From positions 68,076,001 to 68,140,000 of the forward strand of contig NC_086109.1 of NCBI RefSeq assembly GCF_963921235.1: a stretch of DNA of 64,000 nucleotides, given 5' to 3'. Source of the stretch: Mobula hypostoma (lineage: Eukaryota). The position numbers and the translations under genes are program-made. Every line of letters begins with the position of its first letter. Within the stretch, counting starts at the first letter, position 1. The notes under the pieces are model-generated. The model did no database searches, was not told the origin of the DNA, and saw nothing but the letters and a program-made list of their open reading frames with translations. Positions 63,640-64,000 of the stretch are shown piece by piece.

Positions 63640-64000
63640 AGGTAGTGTATAATGGTGCAGTATGGACCATTAGTGACAGAATGATAGTACATTATTTCCA
63701 TTGATAATAAGCTCGCCTTGATATATCCTGAGAGATCATAAAATTTCCTCTGATCTGCTACATTACTGGGAGGATTCTCACCCATGTAGACTCCTTGTGT
63801 CATCCCTGGCCATGTTATTTCATTGGTGGCCTCTCTTGGACCCCCACTGCATTCAGAGCCCCTTCAGGTTGGGTTACTTATTGTCTCAGTTACCGAGACT
63901 CCGATGTCCCTCTGAATTAAACATGGAGGCCTCGCTCTCTCTCCTGGAGCCTTTCCCTCCTCCACAAGCATTCCACTATGCTGCATCTGTGAGCATACAC

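Larger units (their letters stand above)
62300..63986 (-). pseudogene. Second relic Harbinger Myb/SANT-like gene
   Basis: Exon 63986-63717: RARPPCLIQRDIGVSVTET...W...QRKFYDL...K|gcgag (one stop). Exon 63299-63173: KRRWKRREAR. Downstream ESEDEIFMTRLVWMHTRIM...EEVRES. Confidence 0.55.

Overview
Repeat-dense vertebrate intronic or intergenic DNA. The repeat spectrum (esterase-ORF1 CR1, V-SINE/HE1-like SINEs, Penelope pLTR hairpins, Rex1/Babar tails, Harbinger relics) suggests a cartilaginous fish, probably a batoid; this is an inference. I find no intact host protein-coding gene; every long ORF is transposon-derived. Main elements: a near-intact CR1 (2.5-6.2 kb); two decayed Gypsy proviruses (10.3-14.4 and 22.0-25.4 kb); a full-length RTE (31.7-35.6 kb); a full-length L1 with a 19-bp TSD (47.1-53.5 kb) carrying a Penelope-like insertion; solo LTRs; Tc1/hAT MITEs; and two very old Harbinger relics. 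The most notable signals are RNA-level or mechanistic: (i) minimal type-I hammerhead ribozyme motifs in Penelope-derived inverted repeats and short hairpin derivatives; (ii) a variant HDV-like ribozyme fold at the 5' boundary of a non-coding RTE-like element; (iii) an inverted U2 snRNA 5' fragment fused head-to-head with a tRNA-SINE inside one TSD; (iv) several non-coding retroposon families with YY1-type heads and Rex/Babar-like tails; (v) a locally templated 105-bp insertion. All family names come from motif recognition by eye, not database searches.
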